A program made the position numbers and the translations under genes. This document shows positions 45,439 through 54,851 of a stretch of DNA of 64,000 nt, in pieces. Numbering within the stretch: the stretch's first letter is position 1; every line of letters starts with the position of its first letter. This stretch comes from Roseibacillus sp. GTDB lineage: Bacteria; Verrucomicrobiota; Verrucomicrobiia; Verrucomicrobiales; Akkermansiaceae. The notes beneath the pieces were generated by a model. The model saw only the letters and a program-made list of their open reading frames with translations. It was not told the origin of the DNA and ran no database searches. The stretch spans positions 128,001-192,000 of the forward strand of contig JBPOGI010000001.1 of the NCBI GenBank assembly GCA_051251855.1. The letters are read 5' to 3'.

Positions 45439-46887
45439 TTATTGGTTGTTTGGAATTTGAATGTCGGTTGGCTCGGTGGGTGGGTTGGCTCCGGGGAGTT
45501 GGGGGGTGACGCGAGCTTGCCAGATATAGCGGGAGAACAGGACTTTGACGGCGGCAGTGAGGGGGACGGCCATCAAGGCTCCGAGGAAACCGCCGAGGAG
45601 GAGTGACCAGAAGAGGATGGAAAAAATCACGGTCATGGGGTGGAGTCCGACAGAGTCGCCGACGATTTTCGGGGCGGTGACGAGGGAGTTGATTTGTTGG
45701 ACGACGAGGAAGATACCGATGACGGCGCCGACGTAGGCCCAAGGATTGTCCCCGAGCCATTGGTGGTTAGCGTCGCCACCGCCGAAGTGTATGAAGGCGA
45801 TGATGGCGGCGGGAATCATGCAGAGGATGTTGCCGATAAAGGGAAGGATACCAAGGACGGCGAGAGCGAGGCCAATGAGGAATCCGTAGGGAAGCTGGAA
45901 GATCGAGAGGGCGATGCCTACGAGAATGCCGTCGATGAGGGAGACGAGGACTTGACCTCGGAAGAAGGAGATGAGGTAGCCGTTGATTTCGGAGACGGTA
46001 GAGACGACTTCGTCTTTGAATTTGGAGGCTTTGAGAGGAATGTATTCGTGCCAAGTGGCTTTGATTTTCGACGACTCGTTGAGGAAATAGTAAAGGTAGA
46101 CTGGGACTAAGAGAAAGCCGAGTAGGTAACCAAGGAGACCGAATACTTTGGTGGATGCTTGGAGCCATTCGAGGGCAGTTTTAGTGAGGGTTTTCCAGTT
46201 TTGAGTGAGAAGGGTGCCCAGTTTTGTGTCGTCAAACTTTAGGTCGTTCCAAAGTTTTTCGTAATCCTTCGCGGCATCTGTTTCGGCTTTTGAAATGGTT
46301 TGAGTGACATAAGATTTGCCCTCCTGTTTGTCTTCCTCTTTGAATTTGATTCCATCGACAATGGTGGTGCCCTTGCGAGTGATATAGTGGGAGAGTCCTT
46401 TGTCTTTGTAGATGGGGAAGGGGTAGGGCTTGGGGACCACTTCTCCAGTTTCGGAGTCTACTGGACCAGTGGCCCAATCGACAAGGGGACGGGCACCAGG
46501 GATTCGATCTTGAAGCTTTTGTAGCGAGTTAACGACGCTTGTGCCAAGCTTCTCGTCGTCGCCAACAAGCTTACCCCCTTGGTCGATGAGCTTGGGAATG
46601 AGAAAGGTGAAGAAGAGCGCTACGATAATGGTGAAGGCTCCGAAGACAGCAAGAACGGCTTTGAGTCGGGAGAGTTCGCGATTTTTTTGAAGCCAAGCGA
46701 CGAGAGGGTCGAGAAGGTAGGCGGTGATGCCCGCCACAGCTAATGGGACGAGAACGGGTTGGAGATAGCCAAGAACTTGTCCGCTCAGCCAGATAATGCC
46801 CACGAGGATGGCTCCGAGGAGCACGATTGCGAGGCCCGTGCCGGCGGACCAGAGGGTGCGTTTTTGAAAATCGTTGGGGTAGGGCAT
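45439..46887 (-). CDS. AI-2E family transporter (PerM/UPF0118)
   Basis: 'PLAVAGITAYLLDPLV', 'FFRGQ', 'PFIG', 'PKIVGDSVGLHP', 'GALMAVP'. Confidence 0.88.
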   Translation of the reverse strand: MPYPNDFQKRTLWSAGTGLAIVLLGAILVGIIWLSGQVLGYLQPVLVPLAVAGITAYLLDPLVAWLQKNRELSRLKAVLAVFGAFTIIVALFFTFLIPKLIDQGGKLVGDDEKLGTSVVNSLQKLQDRIPGARPLVDWATGPVDSETGEVVPKPYPFPIYKDKGLSHYITRKGTTIVDGIKFKEEDKQEGKSYVTQTISKAETDAAKDYEKLWNDLKFDDTKLGTLLTQNWKTLTKTALEWLQASTKVFGLLGYLLGFLLVPVYLYYFLNESSKIKATWHEYIPLKASKFKDEVVSTVSEINGYLISFFRGQVLVSLIDGILVGIALSIFQLPYGFLIGLALAVLGILPFIGNILCMIPAAIIAFIHFGGGDANHQWLGDNPWAYVGAVIGIFLVVQQINSLVTAPKIVGDSVGLHPMTVIFSILFWSLLLGGFLGALMAVPLTAAVKVLFSRYIWQARVTPQLPGANPPTEPTDIQIPNNQ

Positions 46888-46981
46888 CGGTGTCTGCCAC
46901 TAGCCAACGCTATCGAGCCAAAAACGGAAGTCCGAAAACTGGCAAATGTTGTAACTGACGAGGCTCTAAAAGAAGAGCCGG

Positions 46982-47872
46982 TTACTTGAGCTTGTCGAGG
47001 ATGCCGTTGACGAAGCCGGCGGACTCGATGCCGCCGAAGCGTCGGGCCACTTCAATGGCTTCGTTGATACTGACGGCGGGCGGGATATCGGGGCAGTGCC
47101 TGAGTTCGGTGACGGCGAGTCGGAGGACGGCGCGGTCGACTTGAGCGAGGCGGTCAGGGGCGAAGTTCTCGAGATGCTCGGCGATGAGCTTGTCGGAATC
47201 TGCGAGATGGATGGTGACGAGTTGGTGGAGGGACTCGGTTTCGCTTTGGAACAAGTCGCGTTCGGCGATGGCCTCGCGGAGGGCATCGACTTCGCGGAGT
47301 TCGGGAAGTGTTTCGGAGAGAAGAGAGCGGAGGAGGTCGCCGGTTTCGCGGAGGGGTGGAAGGGCTTTGGCGAGATGCTTGAGAGGTTCGGGGCAGGCTT
47401 CGAGGGGGCCAAGCGCTGTTTCGAGGGCTGTAAGAGCATCAAGCGAGCTTTTGTTGGCTTCGCGAATGCGTTCCATGGTTTCCGAGATGGCATCGGGCTC
47501 TTTTTCGGACTTGAGCTGACGACGCAGAAGGTCGAGAAGTTCGGGGAGCTTTTCCTCGGAGGTGAGGATTTGGCGAAAATTGCGAGGGGCGGACTTTTCT
47601 TCGAGATAGCTTTCGATGAGAGGGAGGGCCACTGCTCGTTGGGCGTGAACCTTTTTAAGGCGGCCGGGTCGATTCTGTTGCAGATGGAGAATGGCGCGGG
47701 CGCGGGCGCGCACGATTTTGGCCTCGGGCTGGGCGAGGATGAGGGGCCAAGGATCACCTGCTCCCTCGGTATTGCTTTGTGCCGAGTGCATGAGTTGCAC
47801 GGTTGCTTCGCGCACTTGACGGCGCGCGACAGTCGGCTTTTTAGGAGAAGGAGATGGGTCAGGTGAATTCAT
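46982..47872 (-). CDS. nusB: Transcription antitermination factor NusB with a large internal insertion
   Basis: N-terminal 'ARRQVREATVQ', C-terminal 'DRAVLRLAVTEL......PAVSINEAIEVARRFG...SAGFVNGILD'; ribH-nusB synteny. Confidence 0.88.
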   Translation of the reverse strand: MNSPDPSPSPKKPTVARRQVREATVQLMHSAQSNTEGAGDPWPLILAQPEAKIVRARARAILHLQQNRPGRLKKVHAQRAVALPLIESYLEEKSAPRNFRQILTSEEKLPELLDLLRRQLKSEKEPDAISETMERIREANKSSLDALTALETALGPLEACPEPLKHLAKALPPLRETGDLLRSLLSETLPELREVDALREAIAERDLFQSETESLHQLVTIHLADSDKLIAEHLENFAPDRLAQVDRAVLRLAVTELRHCPDIPPAVSINEAIEVARRFGGIESAGFVNGILDKLK

Positions 47873-47895
47873 ACCAAGGGTGTGGGAGAGACTCC

Positions 47896-48387
47896 CTAAC
47901 GCGCTCGGGCCACCCGGGTCAATTCTTTGCACACTTCCATCATGCTTGCAGCCGCTCGAGCGGCATCGACTCCGCGGTTCATTTCGACTCCTAAACAGCG
48001 CGCATGAGCCTGTTCGTGAGTCTCGACGAGCAAGACCTCGTGAAGGATGGGAGTGTTGTAGTGGAGGGAAAGTTGGAGGAGTTGGTCGGTGACGGAGGTG
48101 GCAACCAGCTCAGCGTGAGCGGTTTCTCCTTCTAAGATGAGTCCTAAACAAATGACGGCCGAAGGGGCTTCGTTTTCGAGCACGAGCTTGGTGGCGAGTG
48201 GAATCTCGAATGCTCCGGGGACGCGAATGAGGTCGACGCGAGCGCTTGGGACCAGAGTGGAAAGTTCGTCGATGGCTGATTCAACCAGACCATCCGTGTA
48301 TTCCTGATTAAACTGAGAGGCGATAATGGCAAGTTTATGCCTTCCGCTAGTCGGAATGCGGGGTTTAGGAGGGACCGAGAGACTCAT
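47896..48387 (-). CDS. ribH: 6,7-dimethyl-8-ribityllumazine synthase
   Basis: 'AIIASQFN', 'VPGAFEIP', 'CLGLIL.GETAH'. Confidence 0.92.
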   Translation of the reverse strand: MSLSVPPKPRIPTSGRHKLAIIASQFNQEYTDGLVESAIDELSTLVPSARVDLIRVPGAFEIPLATKLVLENEAPSAVICLGLILEGETAHAELVATSVTDQLLQLSLHYNTPILHEVLLVETHEQAHARCLGVEMNRGVDAARAAASMMEVCKELTRVARAR

Positions 48388-48456
48388 GAAGGCAAGATTT
48401 ATGGAAAGGGGAGGTCATCTTGTCAAACGACGAGTGGAATTTGCCCGCCATCAGGC

Positions 48457-48753
48457 TCATTCTGATAACTTCTTGCGGAGAAAGGGGTCAGCAAAAAGAA
48501 AACCGAGTGGAATCAGGGAAGAGAGGCCAATGAGGAAGGCGAAGAGTAGGGTCCACTTGGCCTCGAGCCAGGCGAGGAAAAGGACGAGGGCGAAGAGGCA
48601 AAAGAGGCCGCCATGAACGCGACCGGTCCAAGCGACGGGTTCGTGGTCTCCGGTTTGGGAGCGATAAACCATGGCTCCGATGAGTACGAGCCAGGAGAGG
48701 CCTTCGATGAGGGCGACGAGGCGAAGGGCTTGGATGTGTTTCCGCGCGGTCAT
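48457..48753 (-). CDS. DUF3817-like small membrane protein
   Basis: 'RLVALIEGLSW', 'G.VHGGLF', 'SLIPLG'. Confidence 0.75.
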   Translation of the reverse strand: MTARKHIQALRLVALIEGLSWLVLIGAMVYRSQTGDHEPVAWTGRVHGGLFCLFALVLFLAWLEAKWTLLFAFLIGLSSLIPLGFLFADPFLRKKLSE

Positions 48754-48816
48754 GATGGGACTTTGGTGCTCAGGATTGACTGGAAAAGTCGAGACTGTTT
48801 GGGAGAGAAGGCCTTC

Positions 48817-51204
48817 TTAGATACTTTCGAGGGTGTTGCCCTCCAGCCAGCCTCGGCTGCCGTTAGGTAGCTCGATATAGGACCAGTTGCCGCGCTCGGT
48901 GAGAATACGGCAAGAGGTGGTAGGAGGTGCGTTGAGGATGACGCTGCCGCCAGCAGAGGGTTCGGTGCGGACTTCGGTAGACTCTTTGCTGATGAGCACG
49001 GCGTTGGGTGCAGTGAGGCTCGCGGGAGGGCCGGGGTGAAAAAAGCGAATGGCACCCATGAGGAGTGTGAGCATCACAGTGACGATGAGACCCAAGGTGG
49101 AAACTTTTTGCACGCGGGAGCTAGGGCGAACAAAGCGAATGAGTAAGAAAATGATAAAGAGCCACATCAGCAACAGAAGAAGATTGTTTAAGAGTGGAGT
49201 ATTGAGGCGCTGGGCCCAGATGGGGTTGTCGTCCTCTAGTTGGGGAATGGCTCCCATCTTCCGTTCGAGAAAGGCAAGGTTTTGGCGGGATTCGGGGTGG
49301 CTGGGATCGAGGGCAAGGGCGCGATGATAGTAAAGAGCTGCTTTGCCGGGTTCGCCGAGGCGGTAGTAACTGCTGCCAGCGTTGTAAAGAAGGTCGGGGG
49401 TGGTTTCGTCTTTAAGAGAGAGGAGGGTGGCATCGAGAGACTCTTGGTAGTTGCCCTTCTCCCATGCAGTTTGGGCTTGGGAATCAAAGGCTTCAGCGGT
49501 GGAGGGGTGAGAGATGAGGAGAAGGGTTCCTAACAGAATTATTTGACCTAGCCTTTCTTTGAGGCCAGAGATGATTTCTTGGCGACGCTTGCGAGGGAGT
49601 TCCTCTTTGGCTTCGCCGGGCTGGAAGCAGTTCTGGTCCCGTTCTTCGAACAGCTTGTTGAGGAAGTCGTCGGAAGGGAGTTCTTGGCTTTCGGCGAGGT
49701 GGCCGGCAGCACGAAGGAAGGCTCCGGAGTTCTTTTCTTTTTCCAGATCTTGGAGCTCGGAGCGAAGACGGTCTTTAGATGAATCTGATCTCTTGAGCTT
49801 GGGCAACTGCCGTTTGGCGATGAGGGCGAGCAGGGCAAGGACGATGAGGGCGGGAATGAGTTGCCACCAGAGTCCGATACGGAAAGGTTCACGGGCTTGA
49901 AAGGGTTTGGGCGGAATGAGTCCGAGGATGTCTTGCATCTCGGCGATGGGGACCAGACCTGCCTGGGGAATCCCATTAGAGATGGAGTCGGCGGGAGAGA
50001 GGTTGAGGGGGATGGGCTCGCTGCGGAGGGTCTCGTATTTGGCGGTCTTGGGATTAAAGAAGGCGAGGGTGAAGGAGGGGACTTCTTTGATCGGGACCAT
50101 GGGGCGCAGAATTTGGCTGAAGGAGACGGAGCCTTGGTTGGTGCGGCGGGCGCCGTCTTTCTCGTTGCGGGAGGTCGGATAGAGTTTCCAGTTAGACTCG
50201 GGAGCATCGATGACGGGAGGGGCGAGGGTGTCGAGATTTCCTTGGCCCGATACGGTGAGGTCAACCATGACGGGGTCTCCGGGCTTGAGCTCGGTGGTGA
50301 TGTCGAGGGAGGCTTCGAGATTAAAGTCGCCGACCGCTCCTTGAAATCCGGCAGGGGCGCCTTTGGGGAGAGCTTTGGCAGTGAAGCTGACGGCGGGGAG
50401 TTCGAGTTCGACATTGTAGCTGCGGCTGAAGGAACTGAAGAAGCCGGGGCGTTGATTGCGGGATTGGACTTGGACTTGCAGGCCTTGGATCTTCCCGGGT
50501 CCAACAGTGACCAGACCGTCGCCGAGGGGGGCGGCAAAAGTGACGTAGTTGGCGACCTGATAGCGCCGGCCGTCGATGCGGACTTGGCGAGGGCGCAGGG
50601 CGTGAGGGGGACGAGGGTTGACTTGTTGGTCGTAGTTTGGAGGGGAGGGCGCTTCCAAGCGCCAGGCTCCGATGTTGTCCTTTTCGATTTCGGCAAAGCC
50701 AGTGCTGCCCACGGGTAGGTCAACGGGGAAGAGCACTTTGGCAGTGATGGGCACGGATTGACCGGCGTAGATGGGGCCAGAAGGAAAGAGGACGATGGTT
50801 CCGATGCGGTGGCTGTCGCTGCCGATGTTTAAGGTCTTCCATTCGATTTTGTCGGTGGGGAAGACTTCCATCGAGAATGACTGGGTGGCCTCGGTGCCGG
50901 ACTTGAGAGGAACTTCGAAGGCGGGGACCTGGAAGGTGCCTGCGACTTTGGAAGAGACTCCGATGTTGCCACTAAAGATGCGCCGACCCAGAACATCAGG
51001 TTGGAGGGTGCTGAAGATGAGGGCGCTCTCTTCCTTGGCATTGAGTGCGCCTGAGGGTTGTTCCTCGATTACTTGTATATTGAGAAGTGCTTCCTCGCCC
51101 ACGAGGACATGTTGCAAGGGGAAGAATGAAGAAACATCACCGGCTTCTTGGGCCGAAGCCCAGAGCGAGAAAGAGAGTAGGAAGCTGAAAAGTAGGCGCA
51201 TCAT
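48817..51204 (-). CDS. BatD-family protein fused to a BatE-like TPR/SH3 module
   Basis: Signal peptide, BatD 'FQGAVGDF', 'GQGNL', TM, TPR 'LLYNAGSSYYRLG..GKA.LYY.RAL.LDP......NL', C-terminal SH3-like 'WSYIELPNG.RGW'. Confidence 0.82.
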   Translation of the reverse strand: MMRLLFSFLLSFSLWASAQEAGDVSSFFPLQHVLVGEEALLNIQVIEEQPSGALNAKEESALIFSTLQPDVLGRRIFSGNIGVSSKVAGTFQVPAFEVPLKSGTEATQSFSMEVFPTDKIEWKTLNIGSDSHRIGTIVLFPSGPIYAGQSVPITAKVLFPVDLPVGSTGFAEIEKDNIGAWRLEAPSPPNYDQQVNPRPPHALRPRQVRIDGRRYQVANYVTFAAPLGDGLVTVGPGKIQGLQVQVQSRNQRPGFFSSFSRSYNVELELPAVSFTAKALPKGAPAGFQGAVGDFNLEASLDITTELKPGDPVMVDLTVSGQGNLDTLAPPVIDAPESNWKLYPTSRNEKDGARRTNQGSVSFSQILRPMVPIKEVPSFTLAFFNPKTAKYETLRSEPIPLNLSPADSISNGIPQAGLVPIAEMQDILGLIPPKPFQAREPFRIGLWWQLIPALIVLALLALIAKRQLPKLKRSDSSKDRLRSELQDLEKEKNSGAFLRAAGHLAESQELPSDDFLNKLFEERDQNCFQPGEAKEELPRKRRQEIISGLKERLGQIILLGTLLLISHPSTAEAFDSQAQTAWEKGNYQESLDATLLSLKDETTPDLLYNAGSSYYRLGEPGKAALYYHRALALDPSHPESRQNLAFLERKMGAIPQLEDDNPIWAQRLNTPLLNNLLLLLMWLFIIFLLIRFVRPSSRVQKVSTLGLIVTVMLTLLMGAIRFFHPGPPASLTAPNAVLISKESTEVRTEPSAGGSVILNAPPTTSCRILTERGNWSYIELPNGSRGWLEGNTLESI

Positions 51205-51230
51205 AGTGAGTGAAAATGGGTGAAAAAAAG

Positions 51231-53171
51231 TTACCAGTCTTTGGTCGGAACGACCTGTCGACCACGTTTGCGGAGGGCGTCTTTCTGGAAGTCGGCGTTT
51301 TCTTTGAGAATGCGGCGGGCAAATTCTTCAGCGGTTTCGTCTTCGCGGGGGGCTGGGCCTTGTTGGTTCTGCTGGCCTTGGGACCCTTGCTGGCCTTCTT
51401 GGTCACCTTCTTCTTGTCCTTGCTGGCCCTGTTGTTGATCGCCCTCGTTGCCCTCCTCGCCTTCGTCTCCTTGTTGGCCTTGGTTCTCTTCGCCCTCTTC
51501 TTCCCCTTGATCGCCTTCTTGTGGTTCGCCCTCTTCACCTTGCTCGCCATTTTCGCCGTTCTCGCTTTGGTTCTGTTCTTGAGGTTGACCGTCTTGTTCG
51601 TCTTCGTTCTCGCCTTCGCCAGATTCTTGTTGCTGCTCCTGTTCTTGCTCTTGTTGTTGCTGCTGTGCTTGCTTTAATTGCTCGAGCATTTGTTGAGTGA
51701 CTTCGCGATTTTGAGTCGAGGGGTCGTGTTTCTCATCGAGTTCTAGGGCGGAGTCGTAGTGTTCTAAGGCATCTTCAAGATAGGAAATAGGCTCTTCCAA
51801 GTCGGCGTCTTCTTGACCTTGCTTTTGGACGGCACGGTGGAAGAGGGTGTTGGCGAGCTGGCTGTGGGCGTCGCGCTGGAGATTCTTGTCTGAACTGAGG
51901 AGGGCTTCCGCGAAGGAGTCGCCTGCCGTGGCGTAATCTCCCGATTGATAACGAGCCGTTCCTTGCCCGAAGCGAAGTTTGGCGAGGTCTTCAGCATTGG
52001 CGTTCTCAGCTGCCTTTTCGAAGTGCTCGAGGGCCTTTTCGTTGTCGCCTTTCTTGAGGGCGCGAGAGCCGAGGAATCCTTCCAAGGGATTATTCCAAGC
52101 TTGAGCATCGGTGAGGGAACCGAACAAGGCTATGGTGACAAGTGCTAAGGTGGCGGGGGTGGCGGTGACCGATCGTGGGCGGGCCGGGGTCCAGAGGAAG
52201 CGGAAGAGGATGCTAGCGATCATGAGAATCATGGCGGGAACGAGAAACCACTGAAAGCGAGGGACGGGCGTTTTTTGAATGCGTCCTTCATCTTCGAAAG
52301 CGTCGAGGCGGCTGATGACGGTGTCAATTTTTTCGGTAAAGTCTGAGCCAAATCCTTCGAGGTAGAGGCCTCCGGTGTCGCCTGCGAGGGTGCGGAGAGG
52401 ATCTGGGTTGAGACGGGAGAGGACAGGCTTGCCGCTGCGGTCTCGAAAGCGGCCATCGGTCTCGGTGGGGTCGGGGACAAAGTCGCCTTCGCGGGTGCCA
52501 ATGCCGATCGTAACGACGAAAACACCGGCTTGGCGGGCATCGAAGGAGGCGTCTTTGAGCTCGCCTTCGTGGAGTTCGCCATCGGAGATGACGATGAGGC
52601 CGTGGGTCTGTTGGCCGGTTTCCTTGAAGGTCTTGGTGGCGAGGTTGACGGCGTCAGCGAGGTTGGATCCACCTGAGGGGACGTTGGTTTCGTCGAGCTG
52701 ATCGAGGGTTTCGCGAAGGGCGTTGTGGTCGATGGTGAGGGGGGCTTGTAAGGAGGCGGAGCCAGCAAAGGCAAGAAGGCCGATACGGTCGTCGGGGAAG
52801 CGGTCTAAGAGCTCGTAAACTGCGGTCTTGGCAGCGTTGAGGCGGTCTGGGGCGACATCGCGGGTGAGCATGGAGCGGGAGGCGTCCACGGCGATGATGA
52901 TGTTGCGTCCTTTGGTGAGGGAGGTGGTTTCTTTCTCGCCGGCAATGGGTTGGGCGAGGCAAAAGATCAGGAGGCAAAGGGCGAGCAGTCCGCAGGCGAG
53001 AGAGAGCCAACGTGCCCAGGGCGAGACGGGCGCGGCCAGTTTTTTACGAAGGCGTGGGGCAACGAGCTTTTGCCATGCGGTTCGTCGTTGGCGCTCGGCG
53101 AGAAAGGCTCCCAAGGCGAGAAGTGGGATGAGGAGAAGAAGGGCAAGGAAAGCAGGTTCGGCGAGAGTCAT
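51231..53171 (-). CDS. BatB-like vWA protein fused to a BatC-like TPR and Q/E-rich tail
   Basis: MIDAS 'DASRSM', 'DRIGLLAFAG', 'PLT.D', 'SDGE', TPRs, Q/E-rich tail, terminal 'KDW'. Start MTLAEP at 53171. Confidence 0.85.
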   Translation of the reverse strand: MTLAEPAFLALLLLIPLLALGAFLAERQRRTAWQKLVAPRLRKKLAAPVSPWARWLSLACGLLALCLLIFCLAQPIAGEKETTSLTKGRNIIIAVDASRSMLTRDVAPDRLNAAKTAVYELLDRFPDDRIGLLAFAGSASLQAPLTIDHNALRETLDQLDETNVPSGGSNLADAVNLATKTFKETGQQTHGLIVISDGELHEGELKDASFDARQAGVFVVTIGIGTREGDFVPDPTETDGRFRDRSGKPVLSRLNPDPLRTLAGDTGGLYLEGFGSDFTEKIDTVISRLDAFEDEGRIQKTPVPRFQWFLVPAMILMIASILFRFLWTPARPRSVTATPATLALVTIALFGSLTDAQAWNNPLEGFLGSRALKKGDNEKALEHFEKAAENANAEDLAKLRFGQGTARYQSGDYATAGDSFAEALLSSDKNLQRDAHSQLANTLFHRAVQKQGQEDADLEEPISYLEDALEHYDSALELDEKHDPSTQNREVTQQMLEQLKQAQQQQQEQEQEQQQESGEGENEDEQDGQPQEQNQSENGENGEQGEEGEPQEGDQGEEEGEENQGQQGDEGEEGNEGDQQQGQQGQEEGDQEGQQGSQGQQNQQGPAPREDETAEEFARRILKENADFQKDALRKRGRQVVPTKDW

Positions 53172-53182
53172 GTTTCCGGAGG

Positions 53183-54187
53183 TTAGGGTTGAGGAGGAAG
53201 GGCGAGGGCGTGGGTGAGGAGGGCGGCGAAGGCAAGAAGGGCAGCGAGGCCACAAACCCAAGGATAGAAGTCGTGAGACTGGACGGTGCTGGAGACGCGC
53301 GCTTCTGACTTTTCCAGCTGGTCGATGCTGGCGAAGGTTTCTCGCAGGGAGTTGAAATCACGGGCGCGGAAGAATTCGCCGCCAGTGACGCGGGCGATTT
53401 CTTGAAGGGTTTCGACATCGAATTCCTGGCGAGGAATCGACATCACGTTGCGCCCGACGCGGCCATCTTCGGTGCCGATGGCGATGGGATAGATTTTGAT
53501 ATTCAGTTCTTTGGCGAGCTCAGCGGCCTGTTTGGGAGAGAGTTTACCGGAGTTGGAGGCTCCGTCGGTGATGAGGACGATGATCTTGGACTTGGAATCG
53601 CGGGCGTCGAGGCGGGTGGAGGAGGCGGCGATGGCGGAACCGATGGCGGTGCCTTGCTCGGCGATGTCGTTGATTTGGACGCGTTCGATGGATTGTTGGA
53701 GCCACTCGTGATCGAGGGTCAGGGGGCAGACGGGAAAGGGCTGGCCGGAGAAGACGACGAGGCCCATGCGGTCATTGGGACGATTGCGGATGAAAGGTTT
53801 GAGAACGAGTTTGGCAGCGTTGATACGGGGAATGGTGCGGCGGGTATTGGGGGGGAGGAAATCGGGGATGTTCATGGACTCGGAGAGGTCCAAGGTGAGA
53901 AGAATGTCGATGCCGGAAGCTTTGCGGGCAGTGAAAGTTTCGCGATGTTGGGGGCGGGCAAGTGCGACGAAGCAGGTCGCGAGCGCGAAAGACATGAGGA
54001 GCAGGCTAAAGCCACCGGGTCGTCGTTTAGGCTTGGAGCCAAGAGAACCAAGAATGGCGAGAGAGGAAAATACGATGGAGGATTTGGCTCCTTCGCGTCG
54101 TTGGAGGAACCAGAGGGCTGGGATGAAAAGGAGGCCCAAGAACCACAAGGGAGCCGCGAATTCGAGTTGTTGGAAGAATTCAATCAT
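53183..54187 (-). CDS. BatA-like vWA domain protein
   Basis: 'ALARPQ', 'DLSESM', 'DRMGLVVF', 'GTAIGSAI', 'LITDG.SN.G', 'TGGEFFRA'. Confidence 0.9.
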   Translation of the reverse strand: MIEFFQQLEFAAPLWFLGLLFIPALWFLQRREGAKSSIVFSSLAILGSLGSKPKRRPGGFSLLLMSFALATCFVALARPQHRETFTARKASGIDILLTLDLSESMNIPDFLPPNTRRTIPRINAAKLVLKPFIRNRPNDRMGLVVFSGQPFPVCPLTLDHEWLQQSIERVQINDIAEQGTAIGSAIAASSTRLDARDSKSKIIVLITDGASNSGKLSPKQAAELAKELNIKIYPIAIGTEDGRVGRNVMSIPRQEFDVETLQEIARVTGGEFFRARDFNSLRETFASIDQLEKSEARVSSTVQSHDFYPWVCGLAALLAFAALLTHALALPPQP

Positions 54188-54851
54188 TGGCGGCAGGCAA
54201 TGTTGGTTCGGGTTGATGGAGGGACTCGAGGGTTTGAAGACCCTTTTCTATCAGAGTGGAAACTTGTGAGGGGTCGCTGCTGGGAGGGGCGTATTGGAGA
54301 GAGGAGAGTTCACTCAGGAAGTGGGCGGTTTCGCTCTTAGTAGGCTCGGGGACGTGGCGAAGGCGTTCTTCGTCGGTGAGGAATTCTTCGCGGGTTTGGT
54401 AGAGCGCGGCATCGGACTTGGATTGAGTGAGGAAGCGGCGGAGGGCCAAGGAGATGCGGGTGGAGATTTCGGCCAAAGGGGTTTCGGTAGGGAGTTCACG
54501 GAGGGAAAGAAGTTGCTCTTTGGCCGAATCAAAGGGGGAGGGGCCGGGGGCTTGAAGGGAGGAGAGTGGAGCTTTGCGAAGGATGAAAAGTAAAAGAAGG
54601 ATGAGAGGAATAGCGACGATGAGAGCACCTAGTAGAATGAGCCAGCTTGGAATGCCGGGGAGGTGAGGGGTTGGATCGATGCTTTCGACGGGGAGCTTGG
54701 GTGCTTCTGATTGTTCAGCAGTAAGCGCTTCGGAGGAAGCTTGGGGCGCGAGTTGAGACTCGATGCTTTCTTGTGCCCCTGCGAGGGAGGCGAGGGTGAG
54801 AAGTAATCCCGCCCAGAGGCTTACTCCCATTCTGAACCGCTGTTTCCTCAT
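54180..54851 (-). CDS. Bat-operon single-TM protein (DUF4381-like)
   Basis: Signal + TM, 'LRRFL', 'QT.EEFL'; lies between DUF58 and batA. Confidence 0.65.
   Translation of the reverse strand: MRKQRFRMGVSLWAGLLLTLASLAGAQESIESQLAPQASSEALTAEQSEAPKLPVESIDPTPHLPGIPSWLILLGALIVAIPLILLLLFILRKAPLSSLQAPGPSPFDSAKEQLLSLRELPTETPLAEISTRISLALRRFLTQSKSDAALYQTREEFLTDEERLRHVPEPTKSETAHFLSELSSLQYAPPSSDPSQVSTLIEKGLQTLESLHQPEPTLPAAND

Noticed and set aside
48388..48456. FMN riboswitch upstream of ribH
   Set aside because: The intergenic gap is only about 70 nt and has no RFN consensus.
49548..50723. 391-aa S/P-rich ORF and similar alternative-frame or antisense ORFs (e.g. 26410-27360, 53402-54340, 24889-25659, 55774-56574)
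   Set aside because: They overlap well-supported genes, and their composition is what biased codon usage produces in other frames.
51330..51670. Repetitive low-complexity DNA as a possible CRISPR array or VNTR
   Set aside because: It is the Q/E/G-rich coding tail of the BatB/C protein; no constant repeat-spacer structure and no cas genes.
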